NCBI GenBank assembly: GCA_963733055.1
Contig: CAVTBR010000001.1
Span: 1 to 64,000 of the forward strand
From: Candidatus Bathyarchaeota archaeon
GTDB taxonomy: Archaea > Thermoproteota > Bathyarchaeia > 40CM-2-53-6
DNA: 64,000 bases
Direction of reading: 5' to 3'
Shown here one piece after another: positions 10,997 to 20,806 of the stretch. The notes beneath the pieces are model-generated. The model ran no database searches and was not told the DNA's origin. It saw only the letters and a program-made list of their open reading frames with translations. Numbering within the stretch: position 1 is the first letter of the stretch; each line of letters starts with the position of its first letter. Position numbers and translations under genes: made by a program.

Positions 10997-12025
10997 TTGA
11001 CCGATTTCCTCGTAGAGACGAACGACCTCTACAAATGGTTCCCGATAAAAGGCGGCGTGCTTGGGAAGACGGTGGGATATGTAAAAGCCGTCGAAGGAGT
11101 TTCTTTAGGCGTAAAGAAGGGAGAGACGGTCGGACTTGTTGGCGAGTCCGGATGCGGCAAAACAACTGTAGCACGACTGATCTTGAGACTACTGGAATCG
11201 ACAAAGGGACAAGTGTATTTCGACGGTACCGATATCACTAAACTGAAGGGTAGAAAGCTCAAGCCATTCAGACGAAAGATGCAGATCGTATTTCAGGACC
11301 CTTACGCTTCTCTGGACCCGCGGCAGACTGTCCGCTCGGCACTTACAGAACCCATGAGAATTCATCGAATTGTCCGGAACAGGTCCGAGGCGGATGATGA
11401 AGCGAAGAGACTGATTAGGATCGTTGGGCTTAACCCAGATCACCTGGCCAGGTTTCCGCATGAATTTAGTGGTGGGCAAAGGCAGAGGATAGCCATTGCC
11501 AGAGCGCTCGCGGTAGACCCCAAGTTCGTCGTACTGGATGAACCGACGTCCTCGCTAGACGTTTCCGTTCAAGCTCAGATTCTGGAATTGTTGAAAGATT
11601 TGCAGAAGGAGTTCGATTTAACGTACCTTTTCATTTCGCACAACCTTCCGGTAATCAGGTACATGTGCCATAGGATATTGGTCATGTATCTGGGGAAGAT
11701 AGTCGAAGAAGCCGACACGTTGGATGTTTACGAGAGGCCGATGCACCCTTACACTTACGCCCTTCTAGGGTCTGCACCTATTCCAGACCCAGACCTGAGA
11801 AAGGGTACGCCTGTCCTTCAAGGCGATGTTCCAAGCCCGATCAATATCCCGTCGGGTTGCAGGTTTCGAACCCGCTGTCAGTTTGCCACGAACTTCTGCG
11901 CCGAGACAGAGCCAGACCTGGAGGCGAATGCGCCAGGTCACCTGGTCAGATGCCATTACAGAATTGACTTCGCTTCAAAGACGGCTGCTCAAAGGCCGAA
12001 GAAGAGGCACGAGTCAGCGCAGTAG
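10997..12025 (+). CDS. Peptide ABC transporter ATP-binding protein (DppF-like)
   Basis: GESGCGKT, FSGGQRQR, LDEPTSSLD, GCRFRTRC. Confidence 0.95.
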   Translation: MTDFLVETNDLYKWFPIKGGVLGKTVGYVKAVEGVSLGVKKGETVGLVGESGCGKTTVARLILRLLESTKGQVYFDGTDITKLKGRKLKPFRRKMQIVFQDPYASLDPRQTVRSALTEPMRIHRIVRNRSEADDEAKRLIRIVGLNPDHLARFPHEFSGGQRQRIAIARALAVDPKFVVLDEPTSSLDVSVQAQILELLKDLQKEFDLTYLFISHNLPVIRYMCHRILVMYLGKIVEEADTLDVYERPMHPYTYALLGSAPIPDPDLRKGTPVLQGDVPSPINIPSGCRFRTRCQFATNFCAETEPDLEANAPGHLVRCHYRIDFASKTAAQRPKKRHESAQ

Positions 12026-12181
12026 CAACACTACGACTACCATTACAACAATTAAGATGAGAAGCGGCAGAAAGATTGTTTCCAGCGCCGCAATGATGAG
12101 AGCGATGTAATCTTTACCTTCCAGAGAAACACCTAGTTTAGCGATTTTTTCCAAATTATCGTCTTCCTCATCTTTCTTCAT
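12014..12181 (-). CDS. Small single-pass membrane protein (about 55 aa)
   Basis: MKKDEEDDNLEK... followed by a hydrophobic C-terminus; internal ATG of ORF 12014..12391 avoids overlap with the next gene. Confidence 0.5.
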   Translation of the reverse strand: MKKDEEDDNLEKIAKLGVSLEGKDYIALIIAALETIFLPLLILIVVMVVVVLLLR

Positions 12182-12251
12182 GCCGAGGCGACCCCGATCA
12201 CTCTCTACCGGTAGAGCTTCGGTAATTAATTCTCCGTAGAATCTCAGGCCG

Positions 12252-13298
12252 ATGAACATCGTAGAGCGCGCTCTTGGGCTCAGAATGCGCTTATTATGGA
12301 CGTTCGCCCCCATGCGCCGACACGAAAGGCGAAGCAAGTTGCGGTCGTCTGCTTTGAATTGGCTGTTAGAGGAAAAACAACCTTCAATCAAGTACCTGAC
12401 GCTTGTACAGTTATTGGTGAAACCTGAAAGTGACTCTGAAGTTCAATCCGCGAAAAAAATGATTCCCAAAGTAGGTTGGGCAGCGGAGATTCTTGCCAAG
12501 CAGCATCCGGAAGGTTGGTGGGTTGACGATGAAAGCCTGTACAGACCCAAGTATTTGTCAACAAATTGGATGCTACTCATTCTCTCTGATCTAGGGTTCA
12601 CTAAGGCGGACTCTCGGATCAGCAGGGCTTGTAAACTGTGGATGAGGCGGATGGGTAAGAAGGACGGAGGGTTCGGCTCTGAAAAATGGAACAAGGGGCA
12701 TCTTTGTACGGTGGGTAATACGGCTAGGGCGCTCGTGAAGTTCGGTTACGCTGACCACCCGAGGGTTGAACGCTCATTCGAGTGGCTCATCAAGAATCAG
12801 AGCAAGAAGGGTGGATGGAGCTGTTTTGGAAGCGGTAGGAACCTTGACTCTTGGGAACCCATGAGCGCTTTCGCGGTTTACCCGAAGGAGAAGTGGACTA
12901 AGGGGATTAGGCGAGCGGTCGAGATGGGTGCAGAGTTCTTTCTGGAGAGAGAGTTACATAGGCAGGGAACTCGGTATGGGCCTTGGTGTAGATTCCACTA
13001 CCCCATTCACTACTACTATGATTTACTTGTGGGCCTTGATTTCATGACGGCCTTGGGGTATACGGATGATAAGAGGCTCCGCTACGCGATCAAGTTGCTG
13101 AAAAAGAAGAGGCGAAGCGATGGAAGGTGGAACCTTGACGAGGTCCACCCCGATGTCGAGGGCGGAATGGCCGAGTGGTACAAGAAACATCCAAGGGACG
13201 CGCCCACCCCATTCTCACTAGAACAACCAGGAAGACCAAGTAAAATGATCACCTTGACAGCGATGCGAGTGCTTCACAGATTAGGCGAAGACGCGTAG
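12252..13298 (+). CDS. Prenyltransferase/squalene cyclase-like alpha/alpha-toroid protein
   Basis: Repeated QW-like motifs (LAKQHPEGWW, LIKNQSKKGGW, KKRRSDGRW); true start may be downstream. Confidence 0.65.
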   Translation: MNIVERALGLRMRLLWTFAPMRRHERRSKLRSSALNWLLEEKQPSIKYLTLVQLLVKPESDSEVQSAKKMIPKVGWAAEILAKQHPEGWWVDDESLYRPKYLSTNWMLLILSDLGFTKADSRISRACKLWMRRMGKKDGGFGSEKWNKGHLCTVGNTARALVKFGYADHPRVERSFEWLIKNQSKKGGWSCFGSGRNLDSWEPMSAFAVYPKEKWTKGIRRAVEMGAEFFLERELHRQGTRYGPWCRFHYPIHYYYDLLVGLDFMTALGYTDDKRLRYAIKLLKKKRRSDGRWNLDEVHPDVEGGMAEWYKKHPRDAPTPFSLEQPGRPSKMITLTAMRVLHRLGEDA

Positions 13299-13321
13299 GA
13301 AATTCCCGGGAGTGAATTGAG

Positions 13322-13460
13322 GGCCGCCGAGGGGACTTTCACGTCGCGAAAACGACGCTTTGAACCCCTCCCGTAGGGTCCACAGCCTTGTACCCATTTT
13401 CTGGTCTATACGCTACCAAGTTGCGTGGAGTTTCGTGGTCTCCTCTACGCTACGGCGGCC
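13322..13460 (-). tRNA. tRNA-His(GUG) with three non-canonical BHB introns
   Basis: Removing 13421-13444, 13388-13405 and 13336-13358 gives G-GCCGCCG TA GCGT AGCTTGGTA GCGT A TAGGG CTGTGGA CCCTA CGGG AGGGG TTCAAAT CCCCT CGGCGGC C; G-1 and C73 are encoded. Confidence 0.92.
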
Positions 13461-13572
13461 ATCGTTGCACCGTGCGAGCCTGTGCTCATATCAACTTTTC
13501 CAACCAACTTTGATGAAGAATCGAACACCTTTTCTTTTCTCACCTGTTCATTGTGGCGTGGAGATTTCCCGG

Positions 13573-14416
13573 TTGGTTAGGGTTGGTCTGCATGTCTCGA
13601 TTTCAGGTACGATCGACCAAGCCATAGACCGTGCACTGCGAATTACAATGCGACACATTTCAGATATTCACACGGAACCCAAGGGGATGGAAATTCAGGA
13701 GGCTTGATCGGGAAGAGGTGGGTGAGTTCAAACGCAAGAACGAGCCCGACTCAATGAGTCCAGTGGTAGCGCACATGCCTTACCTCCCCAACCTATCATC
13801 GCCAAAGAAATCAATCTACAATCGATCCGTGAAATCCCTCTCCGCCGAACTCGATAGGTGTGGGACCCTCGGCGTCAATTACTTGGTCACGCACCTGGGC
13901 AGCCACATGGGTAAGGGCCAAGACCTGGGTCTAAAGATGATCACTGACGCCATCAACCAAGCTATCTCGGAGAACCCGAATGATGCAATCCTGCTTTTGG
14001 AGAATACCGCGGGCACGAAGAATAGCATGGGGTCATCTTTCGAGGATCTCAAGAGGATCCTAGCTCTCGTTAAGGATAGAAGGAGAGTTGGTATTTGTTT
14101 CGATACGGCACACGCTTATGCGGCAGGCTACGATCTGCATAGCCCCCGAGGGGTTGACGAAACCCTCGCCAAGTTCGACTCGGTTCTAAGCTTAACCACC
14201 TTGAAGGTGATTCACCTGAACGATTCCAAGTTCGGCCTCGGGTCCGGGCGAGATAGGCATGAGCATATTGGGATGGGGTACATTGGGGAGAAGGGTTTCA
14301 GAACCCTACTCAAACATGAAGCTGTGCGAAACCTTCCGTTCATCATGGAAACCCCGATCGACGAACGACGAGACGAAGCCGGTAACATGCGAAAAGTCAG
14401 AGAACTATCAACCTGA
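13573..14416 (+). CDS. nfo: Endonuclease IV (AP endonuclease), apparent +1 frameshift near 13636-13640
   Basis: N-terminus MVRVGLHVSISG is in one frame; QIFTRNPRGW, HMPYLPNL, ENTAG, CFDTAH, HLNDSK, DRHEHIG, ETP are in another. Confidence 0.88.
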
Positions 14417-14764
14417 GCCGAGCTTAGCCAAGATTTCATTTAGTTTGGCTGGAAACGCTCGACGAGGAAACACAACTTCAAACCCAGCCCTTAACGCCTC
14501 TTCAGCTGATTTAACGTCCACGTGAGAGTAGTAACCTACCATTCTACATCCTCCCGGCGAAACAAGTTCTGTCAATGATTCGTGTCGTTCATGCAAGACA
14601 TCAAGGTTCACAACCAATAATTTGGGCAACCCTGCCTTTAGCGCAACGTCAAGCGCGCTCAGTGTGACTATTGTCTTGACTTCGATGCCGAATCTTGCGC
14701 CCGCGCTCTCTATTCGCGACGAGAAAAACAAGTCCGGCTCGTAAAGGAAAACTAACGCCGCCAT
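14408..14764 (-). CDS. Hypothetical protein, receiver-domain-like
   Basis: DLFFSSRI, LVVNLD, VGYYSHVD, ALRAGFE pattern. Confidence 0.55.
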   Translation of the reverse strand: MAALVFLYEPDLFFSSRIESAGARFGIEVKTIVTLSALDVALKAGLPKLLVVNLDVLHERHESLTELVSPGGCRMVGYYSHVDVKSAEEALRAGFEVVFPRRAFPAKLNEILAKLGSG

Positions 14765-14828
14765 CGTCTCATCCGCCGCGGGCTCTCACAGCACAATTCA
14801 TTAAAGTTACCCAGCATCACTCTCTCCC

Positions 14829-15443
14829 ATGATCTTCAAACAGATCCCAGTAGGTACAATGCAAAACTTCGCGTACATAATAGGAGACGATAAGACCAAG
14901 TCCGCGGCCATCGTCGACCCCGCATGGGAGGTAGACAAACTTCTGAGCGAATGCAAGGAGTTGGGTTTGAATGTTTCATACGTAATCAATACGCATTCAC
15001 ACCACGACCATATTGAAGGAAATGACGCTGTCGTAAAAGGAACGGGTGCGAAAGTCATAATGTACGAAAAGTCGCCTGCACGGAAGGACGTTGCTGTCAA
15101 AGACGGAGACGCGATCTCGATTGGGACGTTGAAGGTTAAGGTGATTCATACGCCTGGCCATTGCCCCGATCACATATGTTTACTCGTCAACGGCGTCGTA
15201 TTGACCGGTGACACGCTCTTCGTTGGAGAGTGCGGTAGAACAGACCTGGCTGGGGGCAGTGCAAGCGAAATGTATGAAAGCCTCTTCAACAAACTAATGG
15301 CTTTGGAAGACTCAGTCCAAGTATACCCGGGCCACGATTACGGAAGCAAACCATCATCAACAATCGGAAACGAACGGGCGAATAACTACACGCTAAAACC
15401 TCGCACGAAAGAGGAATTCATCAAATTCATGGCCCAACCATAA
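14829..15443 (+). CDS. MBL-fold metallo-hydrolase (glyoxalase II/ETHE1-like)
   Basis: THSHHDH, TPGH, TGDTLF, CGRTD, YPGHDY. Confidence 0.9.
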   Translation: MIFKQIPVGTMQNFAYIIGDDKTKSAAIVDPAWEVDKLLSECKELGLNVSYVINTHSHHDHIEGNDAVVKGTGAKVIMYEKSPARKDVAVKDGDAISIGTLKVKVIHTPGHCPDHICLLVNGVVLTGDTLFVGECGRTDLAGGSASEMYESLFNKLMALEDSVQVYPGHDYGSKPSSTIGNERANNYTLKPRTKEEFIKFMAQP

Positions 15444-15471
15444 ACCTGCCCTCTCTGCAAAGGCACTCTCT

Positions 15472-16083
15472 TTGAACGCTCAGAATTCAAACGAAATTCT
15501 AATAAAAATTCTAACAACAACTACCCGCGTTCCATCGACGGTCTATGCGCCGAGCGATGATACCTTTCTGATGGTGGACGCGATTGCGACACTTACAATC
15601 GAAGGGAAGGAGGTTCTGGACTTGGGTACCGGGTCCGGAGTGCTGGCGCTTTACTGTGCTCTTCGCCTCGCACATGTCACCGCATCCGATATCGACAAGG
15701 CTGCCATCGATCATACTGCTAAGGCCGCAAGGTTACTAGGAGTTGATTTGAAACTCGTAATATCCGACTTATTCTCCAATCTACCCGGACGATTTGATTT
15801 AATCTTGTTCAACCCTCCCTATCTGCCCAGCAAGGACATTCATGACAAGGCAATCGATGGAGGGCCCGGAGGTGCGAATTTGATCAACATATTCTTGACC
15901 GAGCTGCCTAATCATCTCAAGAAAGACGGAGAGGCGTTTCTTCTCGTTAGCAGCTTCAACGACCCCGACGGCCTACGTCAAAGGCATAGGACACTCGATT
16001 TCTCGATTATTACGAAGCGAGCTTTGTTTTTCGAGGAGCTTCGTGTCCTACGAGTGCGCCTTCGAAACAATCTCCCGATTTAG
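15472..16083 (+). CDS. HemK2/PrmC-like N5-glutamine methyltransferase
   Basis: VYAPSDDTFL, LDLGTGSG, FNPPY. Confidence 0.88.
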   Translation: MNAQNSNEILIKILTTTTRVPSTVYAPSDDTFLMVDAIATLTIEGKEVLDLGTGSGVLALYCALRLAHVTASDIDKAAIDHTAKAARLLGVDLKLVISDLFSNLPGRFDLILFNPPYLPSKDIHDKAIDGGPGGANLINIFLTELPNHLKKDGEAFLLVSSFNDPDGLRQRHRTLDFSIITKRALFFEELRVLRVRLRNNLPI

Positions 16084-16446
16084 CGATCTGATCGCAAGAT
16101 CGTCATCATAGAACTCCTTCTCCACTACAGGTTTTCTACCTGAAAAGCCCCCGTGTTGTGAGTGCCAGAAAGCCACATGATCTTCGCCAAGCTTCCAACA
16201 TAACCAGACTCGTTCTCCCAGTCGAACGGCTGGAAAATCGATCAATCCAATATTCATATCCTTTAGAATGCATCCCAACTCCTCAAGCTTCTTGACTTCG
16301 ACCTCCAATGACCTCATTGATTCCGACATCTGATCATCACTCGTCACCCGGTCCGCCTCGTTCTTTATCGCAATTATGCGTTGAACTGTCTCTTTGACCT
16401 CGGACAGGAACTCGTCAGCGTGTTTCGGGGTGAAGAAGATCGGCAA
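16048..16446 (-). CDS. DUF2203-like protein
   Basis: LKD...GLIDFPA....VWLCWKLGE...FWH....GFSGRKP. Confidence 0.8.
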   Translation of the reverse strand: MPIFFTPKHADEFLSEVKETVQRIIAIKNEADRVTSDDQMSESMRSLEVEVKKLEELGCILKDMNIGLIDFPAVRLGERVWLCWKLGEDHVAFWHSQHGGFSGRKPVVEKEFYDDDLAIRSLNREIVSKAHS

Positions 16447-16681
16447 TGGGCATTCATCCCTAGGTTCTCTCGTTAGAATAAGAGTTTTGCATCGAACGTC
16501 AATGTAATCAATGTACTTGGCTTAGCCAGTGTACTTTCAAGGTAAGTGCAGATGGAGGGTGGACTTATTCCTTGACCGATATCGTGCACGTTTAGAGAAT
16601 TCGTATATCTGACCAATCTCAGACGACAGTTAAGTGACAGGAGTCGAATTCGTGGTACATATGTAGGTAACCGGGATTGGA

Positions 16682-17194
16682 TTGGTGAGCCTCAGTGCAC
16701 GTTCAACAACGAAACGATTACAGCGTGAAGCTGTTGCAGATGCGGCACTGAAGTTCCTAACCAAGGCAAGAGTTGGACATTTAGCCACGTCGACAAGAGA
16801 TGGAAAGCCGGTCGTCGTTCCAATCTGTTTCGCATATCAGGACAATACCTTCTACAGTGCAATTGATCAAAAGCCCAAGAGAATTGAACCAGCGGGTTTA
16901 CGTAGGGTTTTGAATATTGTTGATAACCCGAAGGTTTGTCTCGTAGTCGACGACTATTATGAAGACTGGAGAAAGCTGAGGTACGTGATAGTTCAAGGCA
17001 CGGCCAGTATCCTCAGTAGAGGTTTGGAACACAGGGCCGCACTGTTGTTGCTTAGGAGGAAGTATCGCCAGTATCGCTCTATGAAGCTTGAAAACAGGCC
17101 GATTATCAAAATCAAGCTGCTTCGGACAATTGAGTGGAGAGCAACTCCATCAAACACCCTAACTAAGACGGTTCAACCAAAAGAATATCATTGA
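16682..17194 (+). CDS. PPOX-class probable F420-dependent oxidoreductase
   Basis: ARVGHLAT, VVPICFA, AIDQKPK, VDDYYEDW, KYRQY. Confidence 0.8.
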   Translation: MVSLSARSTTKRLQREAVADAALKFLTKARVGHLATSTRDGKPVVVPICFAYQDNTFYSAIDQKPKRIEPAGLRRVLNIVDNPKVCLVVDDYYEDWRKLRYVIVQGTASILSRGLEHRAALLLLRRKYRQYRSMKLENRPIIKIKLLRTIEWRATPSNTLTKTVQPKEYH

Positions 17195-17204
17195 TCATTA
17201 CTGC

Positions 17205-17531
17205 TTGGTCCGAACCCGTAGCAGGATTGCTATGCAGATGAGCAAATCAGCGGAAATTTCAGGGCTTCAGCCGCGCGAATCACCGGTAGCTGGGCAGTTC
17301 TTCTTTTGCGAAATCTGCAATCTAGTCTGCGAGCACGGTGACCCACTTTGGCAGGAACACCAAACTCAACTCAAGTTCCACAAGATAAAACACATGTTTC
17401 TACTGCGCTGTTGGAATTGCCACAAGGTGGTCGTTGACGCCTATGCCGAATATTCTCCCGAAAGGAACCAATTCTGGTGCAAGAACTGCATCGGAGATAT
17501 CGGATATCTTAGGTTCAGATCTCCGCCCTGA
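17205..17531 (+). CDS. Hypothetical multi-CxxC zinc-binding protein
   Basis: CEIC, CWNC and CKNC motifs. Confidence 0.55.
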   Translation: MVRTRSRIAMQMSKSAEISGLQPRESPVAGQFFFCEICNLVCEHGDPLWQEHQTQLKFHKIKHMFLLRCWNCHKVVVDAYAEYSPERNQFWCKNCIGDIGYLRFRSPP

Positions 17532-17546
17532 CCTTCCCGTAAGCTC

Positions 17547-18618
17547 TCATTTCCAACGCCTGCTTCTACCTTTCCAGTAGGCCTTCCAGTACGGATCAGA
17601 CTTCGGATAGCTTAGTCTCCTGATTGATTTTTCGCTACGGGCGTAAACCAATCGAGATTTCGTTAACCGCCCTATCACGTTCGAATCTATCCCGGCTGAT
17701 TTGAGTCGCGTAAGCAACCTGTTGGTCTTGTTTGGTTTGCAGGTTATGATGAGGCTTCCTTCGCTAAGCGAGGTTAACGGGTCTATGTGAAATAATCTGC
17801 ATATCCCTTTGGTTTCCTCGGAGATTGGAATAGCTTCTAGGTCCAGCTCAGCTCCGACTCTGGACGCGCTCGCGAGTTCTCAGGACCGCGGCGGCAACGC
17901 CGCCCTCGGTTGCATCATGCATCGCGGTAATTCCATTCTCATGGACGCCAACAGACGCTGCCGTACGTGCGTCATTTACCGTCGACACTTTACTTAGGTA
18001 CGATCGAGCCTGATGGAACAGCGTAGGGCCCAGCATCTTTTTCACCGTCTTAGGGAATGATCTTGCCAGCACGGCGGTTGTCTCGATGGCCGCTCCCTTG
18101 GTGAGAATGATCTCGTCCCCCACATTTCCCATGCTCGAGGTCAAGTAACGATCCTCAGCTCCAATGGCGTACATGACCCCGCCGCCGATTATCGTGTAAT
18201 CGCACCCCGGGTATCTGCCGGTGTGGCCGCCGACGATTGCAATTCCTAACCTTTTGCATTCATTATGGAAGGAGCTCCAGTAGTTCGTGAACTGCGTGTC
18301 GGTCATCCTTGGTGGAAGGTTAAAGTCGAATATCCCATACTGTGGACGAAGACCGCTGGTCGTGAGATCTGAGGCGATGAGGTTTACGGAAAGCCAAGCC
18401 GAATCGCGGGCACCCAAAACTGGTATGTAGGATAGTGGGTCTGCCGTCACAATCATTACTTTCCGCTTCGCAATTCGAACAACTGCATTGTCGACTCCAA
18501 ACCTCGGCCCGACGATGACGTTGCGCCTCCCAGCGCCCAGTTGTTGATAGATCACGCTTTGCAAGTAGGAGCGGTTCGGTTTTCCAAGAGTAATAGACAA
18601 TGCACCTCCGTTTGGCAA
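17547..18618 (-). CDS. AIR synthase/HypE/ThiL-fold protein, apparent +1 frameshift near 17879-17883
   Basis: GVDNAV, DPLS, GGHTG, MHDATEGG; the second frame continues ELASASRVG...DPLTSLSEGSL...DPYW to a stop at 17547. Confidence 0.8.
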
Positions 18619-18682
18619 AAGCTGACTGTTCTTACTCTATGAAAAGAGTGGGGGATATGGGATTCGTAGTGGTCTTTGGTCT

Positions 18683-19219
18683 TTAGAGGTAGAGTTGTAG
18701 GACTCCTCGCCGCACTAGTATGAGCATCACTATCTCGCTCACGATCAGCTCCGGAATCAAGTACCAAGCGTTGTAGATCGCAGAATAAGTTGCGGGGTCC
18801 ATGCCCGCGGGAGCATAGGAAGCAAAGAAGACTAGACCGGAAATGAAGTGGGAAAGGAACCGGCCGCCGATTCCTACAGCAACGCCAATCAAAGGCATTA
18901 GCGGCCAGTGCAGTTTGCGGAAGAAGCCGGAGAGGCCGAGCGCTCCAAAAGCTAGCGGGTAATCAAACAGGAACTGAACGGGGTTATAGATGAAGGGTTC
19001 TATGACAAGCACGACCAAACTGAACGCAATCCCAGCCAGAATTCCCACGCGCGCCCCCCTTCTGAAAGCGACGAAGAAAATTGGGACCATGGCGGCGAAG
19101 GTAACCCTGCCACCTTGGGGCATTTGCAGGAATGACATGAATCCTGAAATGAATTCAAGAACGCCAGCAAGTGCGACCATCGCGACGATCTCCATTAGAA
19201 TCCTCGTAGGTATCTTCAC
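18683..19219 (-). CDS. thiT: ECF-type thiamine transporter S component
   Basis: MPQGGRVT.AAMVP, QFLFDYPLAF, RFLSHFISG..FF.SYAP, YSAIYN; SD GGAGGTGA at 19229-19236. Confidence 0.88.
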   Translation of the reverse strand: MKIPTRILMEIVAMVALAGVLEFISGFMSFLQMPQGGRVTFAAMVPIFFVAFRRGARVGILAGIAFSLVVLVIEPFIYNPVQFLFDYPLAFGALGLSGFFRKLHWPLMPLIGVAVGIGGRFLSHFISGLVFFASYAPAGMDPATYSAIYNAWYLIPELIVSEIVMLILVRRGVLQLYL

Positions 19220-19317
19220 GAATCAACTTCACCTCCGAAGCCTGCGTGAAGGTCACCGAGGACGATGATGTCGATTATCGTCGATTCGAAAACGGAATAC
19301 TTGTCCATTTGCGGTTA

Positions 19318-19410
19318 GCACCATCCCTACGCCGGTATTACCCGGATCAGGTTCTCGGGGTCGACGGTTTCAACCGTCCTCTCAGCCGGGACACCCAGCT
19401 CCCCCGGTAC
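19318..19410 (-). ncRNA. TPP riboswitch aptamer
   Basis: Minus strand GTACCGGGGGAGC...GCTGAGAGG...GACCCCGAGAACCTGATCCGGGTAATACCGGCGTAGGGATGGTGC with the conserved CTGAGA, ACCTGAT, TAAT and GCGTAGG cores; lies upstream of thiT. Confidence 0.93.
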
Positions 19411-19473
19411 CTTCACCCAGCACGGTCACAATGGCCCGATTTAGCCTTCGCCCCTAACGCTCAAAACAGAGTC

Positions 19474-20040
19474 TCATGTGCTTACGGGACCGGCGTATTT
19501 TGTTCTGATCGCAACCCTATGGATCCCGATCCGTGGCGTAGCGTACAGGGTTATGAACGGTTCAGGTTTCGTGGTTTCTCCAGCCAAAATGGATCCGGAT
19601 GAGCTTCCCAGATCGTCAAACAACACCTCGCCATTCTCAGACGTGAAGAGTGCAGCGTGGATTCTGGAAGGAATTATTCTTACTCGGCTATCGAATTGTT
19701 CGATTTCGCTCTCACTCTTACTCGACCAAACAACCAGCTTTGAGTCCGAAGCTTGGCGCCTACCCAAGATGTACACGAGTCCCTTTTCAAGTATAGTTGA
19801 CCCTAGGCTACCTGTCAGCGCCCTTCGAGAATCACGGTAGAAAAGTGGCGTAGTCCGTCCAAGGACTATGATGACTGGGTCGATCGTGTTGCTGATCTTG
19901 AATGGCTCATGAACTCTTACCGAATCATCTCCGTATTGTGAGGTGTACGAGGCGTAGGCTTCTTCGAAGTCTGGATATTTTTTGCGAAAAGTGCCAAGAG
20001 AATCTACTAGTCTCTCTTGAAATGAAGTAAGGGATTGCAA
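19474..20040 (-). CDS. FHA-domain-like protein
   Basis: ILGR...SRIHA...DDLGSSSGS matches the FHA GR / SxxH / D.GS.NG pattern, with N replaced by S. Confidence 0.6.
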   Translation of the reverse strand: MQSLTSFQERLVDSLGTFRKKYPDFEEAYASYTSQYGDDSVRVHEPFKISNTIDPVIIVLGRTTPLFYRDSRRALTGSLGSTILEKGLVYILGRRQASDSKLVVWSSKSESEIEQFDSRVRIIPSRIHAALFTSENGEVLFDDLGSSSGSILAGETTKPEPFITLYATPRIGIHRVAIRTKYAGPVST

Positions 20041-20103
20041 CGTTGCCCTTTCATGGTTTAGTGATGGAAGTAAATAAAACCGTACAGCGTATCGGGGACG
20101 TGC

Positions 20104-20700
20104 TTAAAGCTGAACACCTGTGAGCCTATCGAATCCCTCGTTCTGCTCTAGATGTGGGTTCGGAATCAAGGTAGACGCATACTGCCATCCCGGCGCTGCT
20201 CTGGCCGGTCCTCTGAAGGGCGCGAAGATCATCAAACCCAGAGTCTTCTCCGTGTCACGATCGAATATCCTGTTGGTGAAGGTGCGGGCGAGGGCAATCT
20301 TGGCGATTGCCTTGCGGCGGTCCGAGGAAAACGATGTGGATACTACTACGAGAGATGGCTCTTTCTTCGGTAACTGCTTCAGCGAGTGGGCTCTCAGTCG
20401 TAATAATTCTCTGAGGAAATCTTGACGGTAGGATAATTGTTTTCTGCGACGAACTAAGCCGTGTGCTCTCGTTTTGACCTCGATGTAGGTCCACGAGCTA
20501 CCCAGGGACACAGCAAGGTCAGCGTGCTTTCCGCCGGGGAGAGAGGGTTCGGGCCTGACCGCAATACCCCGTTGAGAGTAAGTCCTCGCGAGGCCAGAGA
20601 CAAGGGCGTTATGGTCGAAGCTTGCTGCGTATTTCAGTCCAGAGATGTAGATACCGTTCTTCACGCTTGGGGTTCGCGCCTCAGGGCCCCTGTTTCCCAC
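20104..20700 (-). CDS. Hypothetical PD-(D/E)XK-like protein
   Basis: EP.LPGGKHADL.V......YIEVKT. Confidence 0.5.
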   Translation of the reverse strand: MGNRGPEARTPSVKNGIYISGLKYAASFDHNALVSGLARTYSQRGIAVRPEPSLPGGKHADLAVSLGSSWTYIEVKTRAHGLVRRRKQLSYRQDFLRELLRLRAHSLKQLPKKEPSLVVVSTSFSSDRRKAIAKIALARTFTNRIFDRDTEKTLGLMIFAPFRGPARAAPGWQYASTLIPNPHLEQNEGFDRLTGVQL

Positions 20701-20806
20701 GGGGTACCTTATTGAATTTTTCTCACGAGAAATTCGTGCGCTACGAAAAGGTATTCAAGTATGGTTGCTGACATCAACTTGTTAAATTCACACAAAGAAT
20801 CGGAGG

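Noticed and set aside
20104-20700. Restriction-modification or defence system
   Set aside because: Lone PD-(D/E)XK-like ORF with no methyltransferase or other defence partner nearby.
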